From positions 1-11,976 of the forward strand of contig CAXTKV010000166.1 in NCBI GenBank assembly GCA_964244895.1: a DNA stretch of 11,976 nucleotides. Direction: 5' to 3'. A program made the translations under genes and the position numbers. This stretch comes from an uncultured Deinococcales bacterium. GTDB lineage: Bacteria; Deinococcota; Deinococci; Deinococcales; JAAFIG01. Of this stretch, positions 1-7,494 are shown one piece after another (the stretch's first letter is position 1; each line of letters opens with the position of its first letter). Under the pieces are notes generated by a model, which saw only the letters and a program-made list of their open reading frames with translations, ran no database searches and was not told where the DNA came from.

Positions 1-2
1 CC

Positions 3-155
3 CGAGAATTCAAAGGCCACGACATGACCCTGACCCTGGAGGCCGACGGCCTACAGCTCGTCGTGCAGGCCGATCACACCAGCCCGGTGCGCCCCGGCGA
101 CCGCGCCCGCGTTCTGTTCGAGGGTCGCGCGGTCGTGGTCGGCTCGAGCACCTGA
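3..155 (+). CDS. 3' end (TOBE-like domain) of an ABC transporter ATP-binding subunit, partial
   Basis: Frame 3 reads REFKGHDMTLTLEADGLQLVVQADHTSPVRPGDRARVLFEGRAVVVGSST*, with TGA at 153-155. It resembles the C-terminal TOBE domain of FbpC/PotA-type ATPases. 5' end lies outside the window. Confidence 0.6.
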   Translation, partial: REFKGHDMTLTLEADGLQLVVQADHTSPVRPGDRARVLFEGRAVVVGSST

Positions 156-177
156 TCCCGGCTCGAGCGTGGGATCC

Positions 178-242
178 AGAAAAGACCGTCCCGCACGGTG
201 TTCTCGAGTGTCCAGGATTGATCGTGCGGGACGGTCTTCTGG
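178..242. repeat. REP-like inverted doublet (ACCGT-N5-ACGGT family), copy 1
   Basis: AAGACCGTCCCGCACG (182-197) and CGTGCGGGACGGTCTT (223-238) form a perfect 16-bp inverted repeat between convergent genes. Confidence 0.85.
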
Positions 243-253
243 CGGCCTCGAGC

Positions 254-778
254 TCATTTTTTGCGCCGCCACAATTCCCACGTGACCGGGCCAGCCTCCC
301 GGTCGCTCATCGCGCGACCCGTCAGTTTGAGCGCCAGCTTGATCTGACCGACGTGGTAACCCTCGTGCCAGAGCATGTGTTGCAGGAGCAGGATCGGGTG
401 GTCGTAGTCGTAGTAGACGCCTTTCACGTCCCAGCCTTCTTCGACGTAGCGTTTCACCGCGTCCCGCAGCGCCTTCGCGCTGTCGTTCAACATCGCGGCG
501 ATGCGGTCTACATCGCGTTCGTCCACCCACTCTTCGTCGTCCGGCAAGGTGAATTCGGGGTGGGCTTTGGCGAATTCCTGGGCGTTTTCCGCGACGATGG
601 ACAGCCGCACGTAACGGATGTGCATGAACAGTTCCGCGATGGACGGGCCGCCCTCCATCGCCCTGGCTTCCAGACCGCCTTCCGGCAGGGCGCGCAGCAG
701 GCTGACGACGATGGCGTTGTTCCGATCCCAGGAGTCCAGCACGGCCTCGAGCAGGCGTTGGTCGGGCGCATCCGACAT
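254..778 (-). CDS. DinB/YfiT-like superfamily protein
   Basis: 174 aa with the metal-binding His pattern (SIAELFMHI ... QHMLWHEGYHVGQI). GGAGGT RBS just upstream of ATG. Confidence 0.88.
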   Translation of the reverse strand: MSDAPDQRLLEAVLDSWDRNNAIVVSLLRALPEGGLEARAMEGGPSIAELFMHIRYVRLSIVAENAQEFAKAHPEFTLPDDEEWVDERDVDRIAAMLNDSAKALRDAVKRYVEEGWDVKGVYYDYDHPILLLQHMLWHEGYHVGQIKLALKLTGRAMSDREAGPVTWELWRRKK

Positions 779-810
779 ACTTACCTCCGCTACTTTAAGA
801 ATTTAATCTG

Positions 811-830
811 ATTTTACGCTAACACCGTAT
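811..830 (-). promoter_or_regulatory. -10 box (TAAAAT) overlapped by an RDRM-like 17-mer upstream of the DinB-family gene
   Basis: TTACGC-TAACA-CCGTAT at 814-830 matches 10 of 12 informative positions of TTMYGY-N5-RCRKAA. ATTTTA at 811-816 reads TAAAAT on the minus strand. Confidence 0.45.
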
Positions 831-916
831 CATTGCGCCTGCAACTCTCGGACAGTGCGCGAAGCTCGAGCGACCCGCCCATTTCGGGCGCGAACTTTAA
901 GCCCCGCCCGAACGGG

Positions 917-1011
917 TAAACTCGAGCCGATGCAACCCACGTAATCCTCCCCTCGAACGCCGTTCACGCGCCCCGATCGGCGCGCGTTCTTTCGTCTTCT
1001 CGAGAGGAGGA
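917..1011 (+). promoter_or_regulatory. Putative translational attenuator: -10 box, leaderless uORF MQPT*, anti-SD/SD stem
   Basis: TAAACT at 917-922 lies 7 nt before ATG CAA CCC ACG TAA (930-944). 945-956 TCCTCCCCTCGA pairs 11/12 with 1000-1011 TCGAGAGGAGGA, which contains the MFS RBS. Confidence 0.6.
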
Positions 1012-1017
1012 ATGTTC

Positions 1018-2274
1018 ATGTGGTCGTTGCTCTTGGAACACCGTCTGCGCACCATCTGGCTGGGCGAGGCCGTCAACGCGCTCGGGTCAGGCTTGAGCTT
1101 CTGGGCGCTGGCCTGGCTGATGTACCGCCGGTACCCGGACGCGCCGTGGGTGGCCGCGAGCCTGCTGGCAGCGCAAGCCATCGGCACGATGCTGGGCACG
1201 GTCGGGCTGGGTGCGTACCTGGATCACTGGGATCGGCGGCGCGCGCTGGTGGCGGTCAACTTGACGCTGGCAGGGCTGACGGCGGTGGCGGTCGGCGTCA
1301 TCCAGTCGGGTTTCAGTCCCGCGATTCTGATGGGCGTCGCGTTCGCGCTGGGCGCGGCGGGCAGCTTGCCGCAACCCGCGTTGTCTGCATCGTTGCCGTC
1401 TTTCGTGCCGATGGCGCGATTGCAGAACTTGCAGACGCTGTTCAGCCTGACGTGGCTGAGCGCCGGATTGATCGCGCCCGGACTGGCCGGGGTGCTGATC
1501 GCGCTGATCGGTGCGCCGCGCGTGCTGTGGCTGGACGCGATCAGTTTCGTGGTGGTGGCTGCGGCCTACTGGCTGGTGCGCTTTCCGCCGCAACTCGAGC
1601 CCGCATCCTCGAGCGCGGGTTTGGGCGCGTGGTGGTCGCAGGTGCGCCACGGTTTCGGTTTTTTCGCGTCTCGTCCCGCGCTGTGGGGCGCGATGATCGG
1701 CGTCTCGAGCGTCAACGGGTTGTTCGAGGCCTGGGGCGGCCTGATCCTGCCGCGCGTCTCGGATCGGTTGCTGCATGGCGCGCGCTTGCCCGCGTGGTTG
1801 GGGGCTGACGCCGGAGCGCTCGGACTGGGGTTGTTCGACACGGTCGTGGTCGCCTTCGAGACGCTGTCGTCCGTCTGGCTGGGTTCGCGGTTGAACGTCA
1901 CCGACGCGCGAAGCAGCTTGCGGTTGGTGCTCTTGGGTTGCGTCGGCCCAATGATGGGCATGTTGACGGTCGCGCTCGCGCCGAACCTGGCTGTGGCGGT
2001 TGTCGGTTGCGCCGTGCAGGGCGCGTGCATCGCGCTGGTGTCGGTCGTCTGGCCGGTCGTGTTCGCGCGGATCGTGCCGGAAGAATCCAGGGGTCGCGTC
2101 TCGAGCGTGCGCTTTTTTATTGGCAACACCACCCGCCCCGTCGTGACCAGTCTTTCCGGCGCGTTGCTCGGGCGTTTGGGCGTGCGGGCGCTCGGGCTCG
2201 TGCTGACGTTGGCGTTCATCGGCCTTTCGGTTTTTGGTCACCTTCGAGCTGTCGAAGACGAACAACTCGAGTGA
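1018..2274 (+). CDS. MFS transporter (DHA3/macrolide-efflux-like)
   Basis: About 12 hydrophobic segments and MFS motif A-like GAYLDHWDRRR. ATG 1018 is preferred over 1012 because AGGAGG (1005-1010) is 7 nt upstream. Confidence 0.88.
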   Translation: MWSLLLEHRLRTIWLGEAVNALGSGLSFWALAWLMYRRYPDAPWVAASLLAAQAIGTMLGTVGLGAYLDHWDRRRALVAVNLTLAGLTAVAVGVIQSGFSPAILMGVAFALGAAGSLPQPALSASLPSFVPMARLQNLQTLFSLTWLSAGLIAPGLAGVLIALIGAPRVLWLDAISFVVVAAAYWLVRFPPQLEPASSSAGLGAWWSQVRHGFGFFASRPALWGAMIGVSSVNGLFEAWGGLILPRVSDRLLHGARLPAWLGADAGALGLGLFDTVVVAFETLSSVWLGSRLNVTDARSSLRLVLLGCVGPMMGMLTVALAPNLAVAVVGCAVQGACIALVSVVWPVVFARIVPEESRGRVSSVRFFIGNTTRPVVTSLSGALLGRLGVRALGLVLTLAFIGLSVFGHLRAVEDEQLE

Positions 2275-2335
2275 AGAACACCGTCGTACACGATGAACCC
2301 TGAACGCTCGGGAAGACCGTGCTGGACGGTCTTCT
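2274..2335. repeat. REP-like inverted doublet, copy 2
   Basis: AACACCGTCGTACACGAT (2277-2294) and GAAGACCGTGCTGGACGGTCTTC (2312-2334; perfect 9-bp stem). Confidence 0.8.
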
Positions 2336-2344
2336 GATGTGCGC

Positions 2345-2381
2345 TTGACTCTTCCCCAGGGTCAGGCTGCAAGCTATTCCC
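2345..2381 (+). promoter_or_regulatory. MerR-type promoter/operator with 19-bp spacer, leaderless
   Basis: TTGACT (2345-2350), 19-nt spacer CTTCCCCAGGGTCAGGCTG with imperfect dyad, CAAGCT (2370-2375), then 6 nt to ATG 2382. Layout recalls BmrR-type promoters. Confidence 0.75.
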
Positions 2382-3221
2382 ATGAACGAGATCCGCTCGA
2401 AGGATCGCATGACGATCGGCGAGTTCGCCCGTCAGACGCAACTGACCCAAAAAGCCTTGCGGCTCTACGACGCGCTCGGTCTACTCGAGCCGCGTTTCAC
2501 CGATCCGCAATCGGGCTACCGCTACTACGCATCCGATCAACTCGAGCGGGCGCAGTTGATCGCCTGGTTGCGGCAGCTCGAGATGCCTCTGAACCGGATC
2601 GCGGTGATGCTCGAACTCGATGGGCCGTCCGCCGCTTCAGAGTTGATCGCGTACTGGCGCGAAATTGAAGCGCAAATGCGTCAACAACGCAATCTGGTGC
2701 TGTTCCTCGAGATGAAACTCAATCCGCTCGAGGGGAAAGGACGTTTCATGTTCGAGATTAAGACCCGCAGCGTTCCGGAGCAGAAGATCGTCACGATTCA
2801 GAGGCACGTGTTCAAGGATGGGATCGGTCAGTTCATTCCCGAGGCGACCTCGAGGCTCTTTGGCCTGGTGGCGGCGGCTGGCGCACAACCGAGCGGTGCG
2901 CCATTCGTGATCTACTATGGCAAGGTGGACGCAGATTCCGACGGTCCTGCCGAGGTCTGCGTGCCCTTCAGCGGGTCGCTCGAGCCCGTGGGCGAGGTCA
3001 GGATTCGGATCGATCCGGCGCACGAGGAAGCGTTCATCGTCATGACGCGCGGTTCTGTTGATGGCCCGGAGTTGATGCAGGGTTACGACGCGTTGTTCAC
3101 CTACATGCGCGAGCGCGGCCAGACCGGTGTGGGTGGGCGCGAGATTTATTTCGAGGCTTCCCCCTGGGACAACCTGCGCCCGGATCAGCCCGCCTTCGAC
3201 ATCGCGGTTCCGTTCGCGTGA
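2382..3221 (+). CDS. MerR-family transcriptional regulator with C-terminal GyrI-like effector domain (BmrR-like)
   Basis: N-terminal MerR HTH (MTIGEFARQTQLTQKALRLYDALGLLEP...SGYRYY) and C-terminal GyrI-like pattern (GAPFVIYY...EVCVP...REIY...IAVP). Confidence 0.92.
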   Translation: MNEIRSKDRMTIGEFARQTQLTQKALRLYDALGLLEPRFTDPQSGYRYYASDQLERAQLIAWLRQLEMPLNRIAVMLELDGPSAASELIAYWREIEAQMRQQRNLVLFLEMKLNPLEGKGRFMFEIKTRSVPEQKIVTIQRHVFKDGIGQFIPEATSRLFGLVAAAGAQPSGAPFVIYYGKVDADSDGPAEVCVPFSGSLEPVGEVRIRIDPAHEEAFIVMTRGSVDGPELMQGYDALFTYMRERGQTGVGGREIYFEASPWDNLRPDQPAFDIAVPFA

Positions 3222-3254
3222 CGCGCCGCGCGTCCGCATTCGGCTGACGAAAAC

Positions 3255-3314
3255 GAGAACACCGCCCAGCACGACAGTCTCGAAGCTCGAGAATCAGCGT
3301 GCTGGACGGTGTTT
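3255..3314. repeat. REP-like inverted doublet, copy 3
   Basis: AACACCGCCCAGCACG (3258-3273) and CGTGCTGGACGGTGTT (3298-3313). Confidence 0.8.
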
Positions 3315-3328
3315 GTGTTGATCCGTTT

Positions 3329-3544
3329 TTAGCGCTCGAGCCCGTAGCGCGCGAGGTTCGTGATCGCCACGGCCAGCACGTACCCAACGATGATGAGGCA
3401 GGCCCAGGCGCGGAAGCTTCCGGCGGCGCTGAGGGCTCTGACGGCGCTCTGTGCGATGCTGCGAACCCGAGAAAGATCGAGGCCGCGACGGGTTTGCGTT
3501 CTGGGTTGGCGCAGGGCGCGCGGGTCGTGTTCTGTGACTAACAT
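3329..3544 (-). CDS. Small (71 aa) hypothetical protein with C-terminal transmembrane helix
   Basis: MLVTEHDP...AWACLIIVGYVLAVAITNLARYGLER*. ATG 3544 sits 6 nt downstream of TAAAGT (leaderless geometry). The ORF fills an otherwise empty gap between two REP doublets. Alternative ATG at 3550. Confidence 0.65.
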   Translation of the reverse strand: MLVTEHDPRALRQPRTQTRRGLDLSRVRSIAQSAVRALSAAGSFRAWACLIIVGYVLAVAITNLARYGLER

Positions 3545-3581
3545 AACCATACTTTACGACATGGACATAACGGTTTGTCAA
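3530..3581 (-). promoter_or_regulatory. Promoter with two tandem RDRM (DdrO-box)-like palindromes
   Basis: TTCTGT-GACTA-ACATAA (3530-3546) and TTACGA-CATGG-ACATAA (3554-3570). Minus-strand TTGACA (3581-3576) and TAAAGT (3556-3551) with a 19-nt spacer. Confidence 0.7.
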
Positions 3582-3667
3582 GTTCCGCCGGACACATTCT
3601 CAAACTGGTCGGCGTGCCAATCGGATCGCGGCTTCTCGAGGGGTACAACTCGAGAAGCTGCACCAGG

Positions 3668-3713
3668 GAAACCGTTCTGGACGACGCTCTAAAACGCCGT
3701 CCAGAACGGTCTA
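3668..3713. repeat. REP-like inverted doublet, copy 4 (opposite unit order)
   Basis: ACCGTTCTGGACG (3671-3683) and CGTCCAGAACGGT (3698-3710) form a perfect 13-bp inverted repeat. Confidence 0.8.
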
Positions 3714-3722
3714 TTCCGCACC

Positions 3723-4340
3723 TCAACCCTCGTTTTTCTCGAGCCAATCGGCGTAAGAGACGCGCTTGATCTCGAAAGCCTCGCGGGTTTTGGTGTAGCC
3801 GCCCAGACCACCCATGCGCCCGATCAACCGCAGTTCTTTCGTGTGGACGTAAAACTTTTCCGCGTCCACGAATTCGTCCGCGATGTGAATCTCGAGAACT
3901 TCACCGATGACCACACGGTTGTTGCCGATTTCCAGCACGGTGTTGACCCGGCATTCCAGGTTGACCGGCGATTCCGCGATGCGCGGCGGTTTGATCTTGA
4001 CGGACGGCAGCGTGGTCAAACCCGCGTGCTCGAGTTCGCTGATGCCCTCCGGGAAATCCGTGGCGGTCACGTTCATGGCCTCCGCGATGCTTTCACTGAC
4101 CAGGTTGACCACGAATTCCTGCGTCAACCGCAGGTTGCGCTGCGTGTGCTTGGTCACGCCGGGACTGAAAGCCACGATCGGCGGGTCACTGCCCATCGCG
4201 TTGAAAAACGAGAACGGCGCGGCGTTGACGCGCCCCTCCAGATCGAGCGTCGTGACGAGCGCGATCGGTCGCGGTACGACCACGCCCGTCAAAAGTTTGT
4301 AGCGTTCGCGCGGCTCGAGCCTGTGCATGTCGAAGTTCAT
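3723..4340 (-). CDS. Flavin reductase (DIM6/NTAB) family protein
   Basis: RERYKLLTGVVVPRPIALVTT...NAAPFSFFN...PPRIAESPVNLEC...IGRMGG..Y family motifs. Start MNFDM (4340) avoids overlap with the upstream gene. Confidence 0.9.
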   Translation of the reverse strand: MNFDMHRLEPRERYKLLTGVVVPRPIALVTTLDLEGRVNAAPFSFFNAMGSDPPIVAFSPGVTKHTQRNLRLTQEFVVNLVSESIAEAMNVTATDFPEGISELEHAGLTTLPSVKIKPPRIAESPVNLECRVNTVLEIGNNRVVIGEVLEIHIADEFVDAEKFYVHTKELRLIGRMGGLGGYTKTREAFEIKRVSYADWLEKNEG

Positions 4341-4392
4341 GAAATCCAGTGTTTCACGTGCGCTCAACTCGCACCAGGGTGCGCGCTCGATT

Positions 4393-4782
4393 TCAGAGCG
4401 GCGGCTGGAGAATACGCTCGGCGCGCCACGCCCCGCCCAGACCAGTTGCATTGACCAGCAGATACCAGATCAATGCCAGAAGCATCGCGAGCATCGCCGC
4501 TCCGACGTGGCGGCTGAGAAAAAAGTAGATCAGTAGGGCTGGTAGAAGCGCGAATCCGAGCCCGACCCTGAACAAACCGGAAAGTTTGAAATCTCGAGAC
4601 TGCGCGTCCAGATGAGCCCAGGCGAGCATGAACGGCAGGATGGCGAAGCTGCTGATCAACCCGAAATTGACGTTCCCACGTTGCCCGGTCAGGGCCTGCT
4701 CGAGAAACCCCATCACGAAGCTTGCGACGATCATTCCGATCAGGGCTTTTCGTTTCGTGTCGAGTCGAAAAAGGGGCGACAT
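4393..4782 (-). CDS. Hypothetical membrane protein (~4 TM)
   Basis: 129 aa with four hydrophobic stretches. Extended -10 TGaTAATTT lies 6 nt before ATG. Confidence 0.75.
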   Translation of the reverse strand: MSPLFRLDTKRKALIGMIVASFVMGFLEQALTGQRGNVNFGLISSFAILPFMLAWAHLDAQSRDFKLSGLFRVGLGFALLPALLIYFFLSRHVGAAMLAMLLALIWYLLVNATGLGGAWRAERILQPPL

Positions 4783-4794
4783 GACTTCAAATTA

Positions 4795-5433
4795 TCACGC
4801 GATGTTGCGCATCATCGCGCGCACCGCGTCCAGTTCGTCAGCGTTGATGGTGTGCCCGAAATTCGGGTAAATTCTCGCGTCCACCCGAGCGCCGATGTTC
4901 GAGAGCACCGTAGCGCTTTCCTCGACCCTGGTTTTTGGAATGTGCGGATCCACATCGGAGCAACCCATGAACACTGGCGTGCCGGACAGCGATTTCGGAT
5001 AGCGCGACGGCTCGAGGACATCACCGATCAATCCGCCCGAAAGCCCGACCACGCCGCCGTAGAGAGCGCCGTTCCGGGCAGCGTACTCGAGCGCCAGGCA
5101 CGCGCCCTGAGAGAAGCCCAGCAGGATGGTTTTTGACAGCGGCACGCCTGAGGCCTGCGTCACCTCGAGCGCGTTATGCACGGCCTGCAACGCGCTCGAG
5201 AGCCAGGGTTCGTTGGCGCTCACCGGCGCGATGAAGCGGTTCGGATACCAGGTGTGGCCCGCGGCTTGGGGCGCGACGTAGACCCAGCCCGGACGCTCGA
5301 GTTCGTTGACCAGTCCCAGGATGCCTTCGGCGGAATCGCCGCGCCCGTGCAGCAGAACCATCGCGGCGCTCGCACCTTCGAGCGCGCCGCGCGTCAATCT
5401 GGGTTGACCCCGGTGCGGGTCGCTGGGCGTCAC
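4795..5433 (-). CDS. Alpha/beta hydrolase (phospholipase/carboxylesterase, MhqD-like)
   Basis: LLHGRG, GFSQG nucleophile elbow, DPHIP and GHTIN give the catalytic triad. GTG 5433 follows AAGGTGA; the longer 5454 start runs up to the REP doublet. Confidence 0.88.
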   Translation of the reverse strand: MTPSDPHRGQPRLTRGALEGASAAMVLLHGRGDSAEGILGLVNELERPGWVYVAPQAAGHTWYPNRFIAPVSANEPWLSSALQAVHNALEVTQASGVPLSKTILLGFSQGACLALEYAARNGALYGGVVGLSGGLIGDVLEPSRYPKSLSGTPVFMGCSDVDPHIPKTRVEESATVLSNIGARVDARIYPNFGHTINADELDAVRAMMRNIA

Positions 5434-5451
5434 GGGATCACCTTGTTCCGG

Positions 5452-5509
5452 CACACCGTCCAGGACAGCGTTTCCTGAATCTCGAGAAATACTGTGTGGG
5501 ACGGTGTCT
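5452..5509. repeat. REP-like inverted doublet, copy 5
   Basis: ACACCGTCCAGGACAG (5453-5468) and CTGTGTGGGACGGTGT (5492-5507). Confidence 0.75.
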
Positions 5510-5524
5510 CCTGGCGTATTCGGG

Positions 5525-6487
5525 TCACGATCGCCCCGCGTCGGATGGTTCGTTCAAGCCCGGCATCTGAAGCGGCCTGAGGTGCGCCTCGATCTGGGCG
5601 CGTTGGGCTTCCAGCCACGGCGGCAGCACGAGGTTCTCGCCCAGGTGATCGGCGGCTTCGTCGGCGGCGAAACCCGGCCCGTCCGTGGCGATCTCGAAAA
5701 CCGCGCCGCCCGGCTCGCGGAAGTAGACGCTTTTGAACCAGAAGCGGTCGATCACCTCGGTCGGTGCGCGCTGGTGGGATGCCAGCACCCGCTGCGCGGC
5801 CAGTTCCGTGGCGTCGTCCGGCACGCGCCAGGCCAGGTGGTGGATCACGCCCGCACCGAATTGCGCCATCGGCGCGTCGGCTTCGGCCTTGACCTCGAGC
5901 ACCCTGCCGGAGCCGCCGTCGCCCAGCGCGAAGCGCGTCCAGCCGTTCTCCTGGCCGACCTGATGAAAACCCAGCGCCTCCGTCAGAAACCTTCCGGTCG
6001 GCCCGAGCGCGCGCTGCCACATGCGCGCCCCGTGCAGGCCGCGCACCTGGTGTTCTGCGGGCACGGGGCTGTGTTCCCAGGTTTGCCCGTCGCGTTCGGC
6101 CTCCACCAGCGCGACCTCGAGCCCGTGAGGGTCGGTGAAGGGCAGGGTTTGCTCACCGAAGCGCGTTTCCACGCCGCGAACCGCCGCGCCGTAGCGTTCC
6201 AGACGAGACGCCCAGAATCCCAGGCTGCCGTGCGGCACGGCCAGCGCGACCTCGACGGACAATCCGGCACCCAGGCGCCCGCGCCGGGCGTCCTTACCCC
6301 ACGGGAAGAACGTCAGGTCGCTGCCGGGTGCGCCCTCACCGTCGGCGTAAAACAGATGGTAGGTGCCGGGGTCGTCCTGATTGACGCTGCGCTTGACCAG
6401 CCGCATGCCCAGCACGCCCGCGTAAAAATCCAGGTTTTCTTGTGCGTCGCCCGTCATGGCGGTGACGTGGTGCAGACCCGTAATCAT
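5525..6487 (-). CDS. Ring-cleaving dioxygenase / glyoxalase family (MhqA/MhqO/PcpA-like)
   Basis: GLHHVTAM, LVKRSVNQDDPGTYHLFY, IHHLAWR and DRFWFKSVYFREPGGAVFEIATDGPGF signatures. Confidence 0.93.
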   Translation of the reverse strand: MITGLHHVTAMTGDAQENLDFYAGVLGMRLVKRSVNQDDPGTYHLFYADGEGAPGSDLTFFPWGKDARRGRLGAGLSVEVALAVPHGSLGFWASRLERYGAAVRGVETRFGEQTLPFTDPHGLEVALVEAERDGQTWEHSPVPAEHQVRGLHGARMWQRALGPTGRFLTEALGFHQVGQENGWTRFALGDGGSGRVLEVKAEADAPMAQFGAGVIHHLAWRVPDDATELAAQRVLASHQRAPTEVIDRFWFKSVYFREPGGAVFEIATDGPGFAADEAADHLGENLVLPPWLEAQRAQIEAHLRPLQMPGLNEPSDAGRS

Positions 6488-6604
6488 CTCGGTTCACATC
6501 CTTTCGCGTCCTCGAGTCAATGGCCGGAGTGCAGGGGCTACGTACCCAGACCGCCGCGCCTATTGCGATCCTCACCCCGAGGATCATTCGCGCTTTTGCA
6601 CCGA

Positions 6605-6657
6605 AGAACACCGTCCTGGACGCGGTTCCTCGAGAGATGCCGTCTGGGACGGTGTTC
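6605..6657. repeat. REP-like inverted doublet, copy 6
   Basis: GAACACCGTCCTGGACG (6606-6622) and CGTCTGGGACGGTGTTC (6641-6657). Confidence 0.8.
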
Positions 6658-6796
6658 AAATTTTACGCCCCAGGATGGCGCTGCGTTTGTGGTCGCGCTC
6701 GAGTTCCAAGGCTCGGGTTCAGAGCGGTGGGCCATCGCCCAGCGCCCGCGAGCGATGAGCGCCGCCGATCGGACGACGTTCACGGTCAGTGCAAGA

Positions 6797-6822
6797 GCCG
6801 ATAAAGCGCGCGCTTTATCGGC
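6797..6822 (-). terminator. Perfect 26-bp palindrome downstream of the YceI gene, possible terminator or stabilising hairpin
   Basis: GCCGATAAAGCGCGCGCTTTATCGGC, 23 nt past the stop codon. Weak U-tract (TCTTG). Confidence 0.5.
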
Positions 6823-6845
6823 CCGTCTTCAGGATTTCGTGCGGT

Positions 6846-7379
6846 TCAGGCGGCTGGCGGAACGATGGCTTCGACCTCGAGTGCGATCTTGACATCGTCA
6901 CCGACGAGCAGTCCGCCGAACTCGAGCGTCTGGCTCCAGGTCAATCCCCATTCTTTCCTGGAGATTTTGCCTGTTCCGGTGGCGGCGGTGCGCTGAAGGC
7001 CCCACGGGTCCTTGATCGGTGCGACCGTCTCGACATCCAGGGTGACGGGTTTGGTCACGCCGTTCATGGTCAGGTCGCCGGTGACGCTGTACTCCAGGCC
7101 GCCCTTCGGGGTGATGGTGGTGCTTTTGAATTCCAGGGTCGGGTTCTTTTCGGTATCGAAGAAATCGGCGGATTTCAGGTGTCCGTCGCGCTGGGCGTCG
7201 TTGGTGTCGATCGAGTTGGCGTCGATCACGACATCCACCTTCTCGAGAACGCCCACTTCGCTGGTCTGGATCGAGCCCGAGAGCGCCTTGAAGCGTCCCT
7301 TGACGGTGCTGATGGCCATGTGTTTGATGGCGAATTCGAGGATCGTGTGGCTGGCGTCGATGTTCCAGGTGGTGCTCAT
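6846..7379 (-). CDS. yceI: YceI family (polyisoprenoid-binding, lipocalin-like) protein
   Basis: MSTTWNIDASHTILEFAIKHM..STVKGRF, SIDTNDAQRDGHLKSADFFD, GDLTMNGVTKPV. AAGGAGG RBS before ATG 7379. No signal peptide. Confidence 0.92.
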   Translation of the reverse strand: MSTTWNIDASHTILEFAIKHMAISTVKGRFKALSGSIQTSEVGVLEKVDVVIDANSIDTNDAQRDGHLKSADFFDTEKNPTLEFKSTTITPKGGLEYSVTGDLTMNGVTKPVTLDVETVAPIKDPWGLQRTAATGTGKISRKEWGLTWSQTLEFGGLLVGDDVKIALEVEAIVPPAA

Positions 7380-7430
7380 GTTGCCTCCTTGCGCCCCGAG
7401 CGTCTCTCGGGGCGGTCTGATTTCCAGTGC

Positions 7431-7494
7431 AGTATAAGTTTCATAGTGATACGTTCTGTCAACCATAATACAGGCCCGTGCTAACATCGGGAGT
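7431..7494. promoter_or_regulatory. Divergent promoters for yceI and the HxlR-family gene
   Basis: Minus strand: TTGACA (7462-7457), 20 nt, TATACT (7436-7431). Plus strand: TGcTAACAT (7479-7487), 7 nt before ATG 7495. Confidence 0.6.

Noticed and set aside
1036..1056. GAACACCGTCTGCGCACCATC as an extra REP unit inside the MFS gene
   Set aside because: Single, wrong loop length and coding, so likely chance.
3551..3581. 19-bp-spacer promoter as a target of the adjacent MerR protein
   Set aside because: The spacer has no resemblance to the MerR gene's own operator and is better explained by the RDRM-like box. Not fully excluded.
5504..6892. 462-aa plus-strand ORF and other long antisense ORFs (218..811, 1087..2265, 3843..4454, 6789..7484, 11061..11930)
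   Set aside because: Shadow frames of well-supported genes in GC-rich DNA, with no recognisable motifs.
7454..7470. TTCTGT...ATAATA as an RDRM
   Set aside because: Only the left half-site matches.
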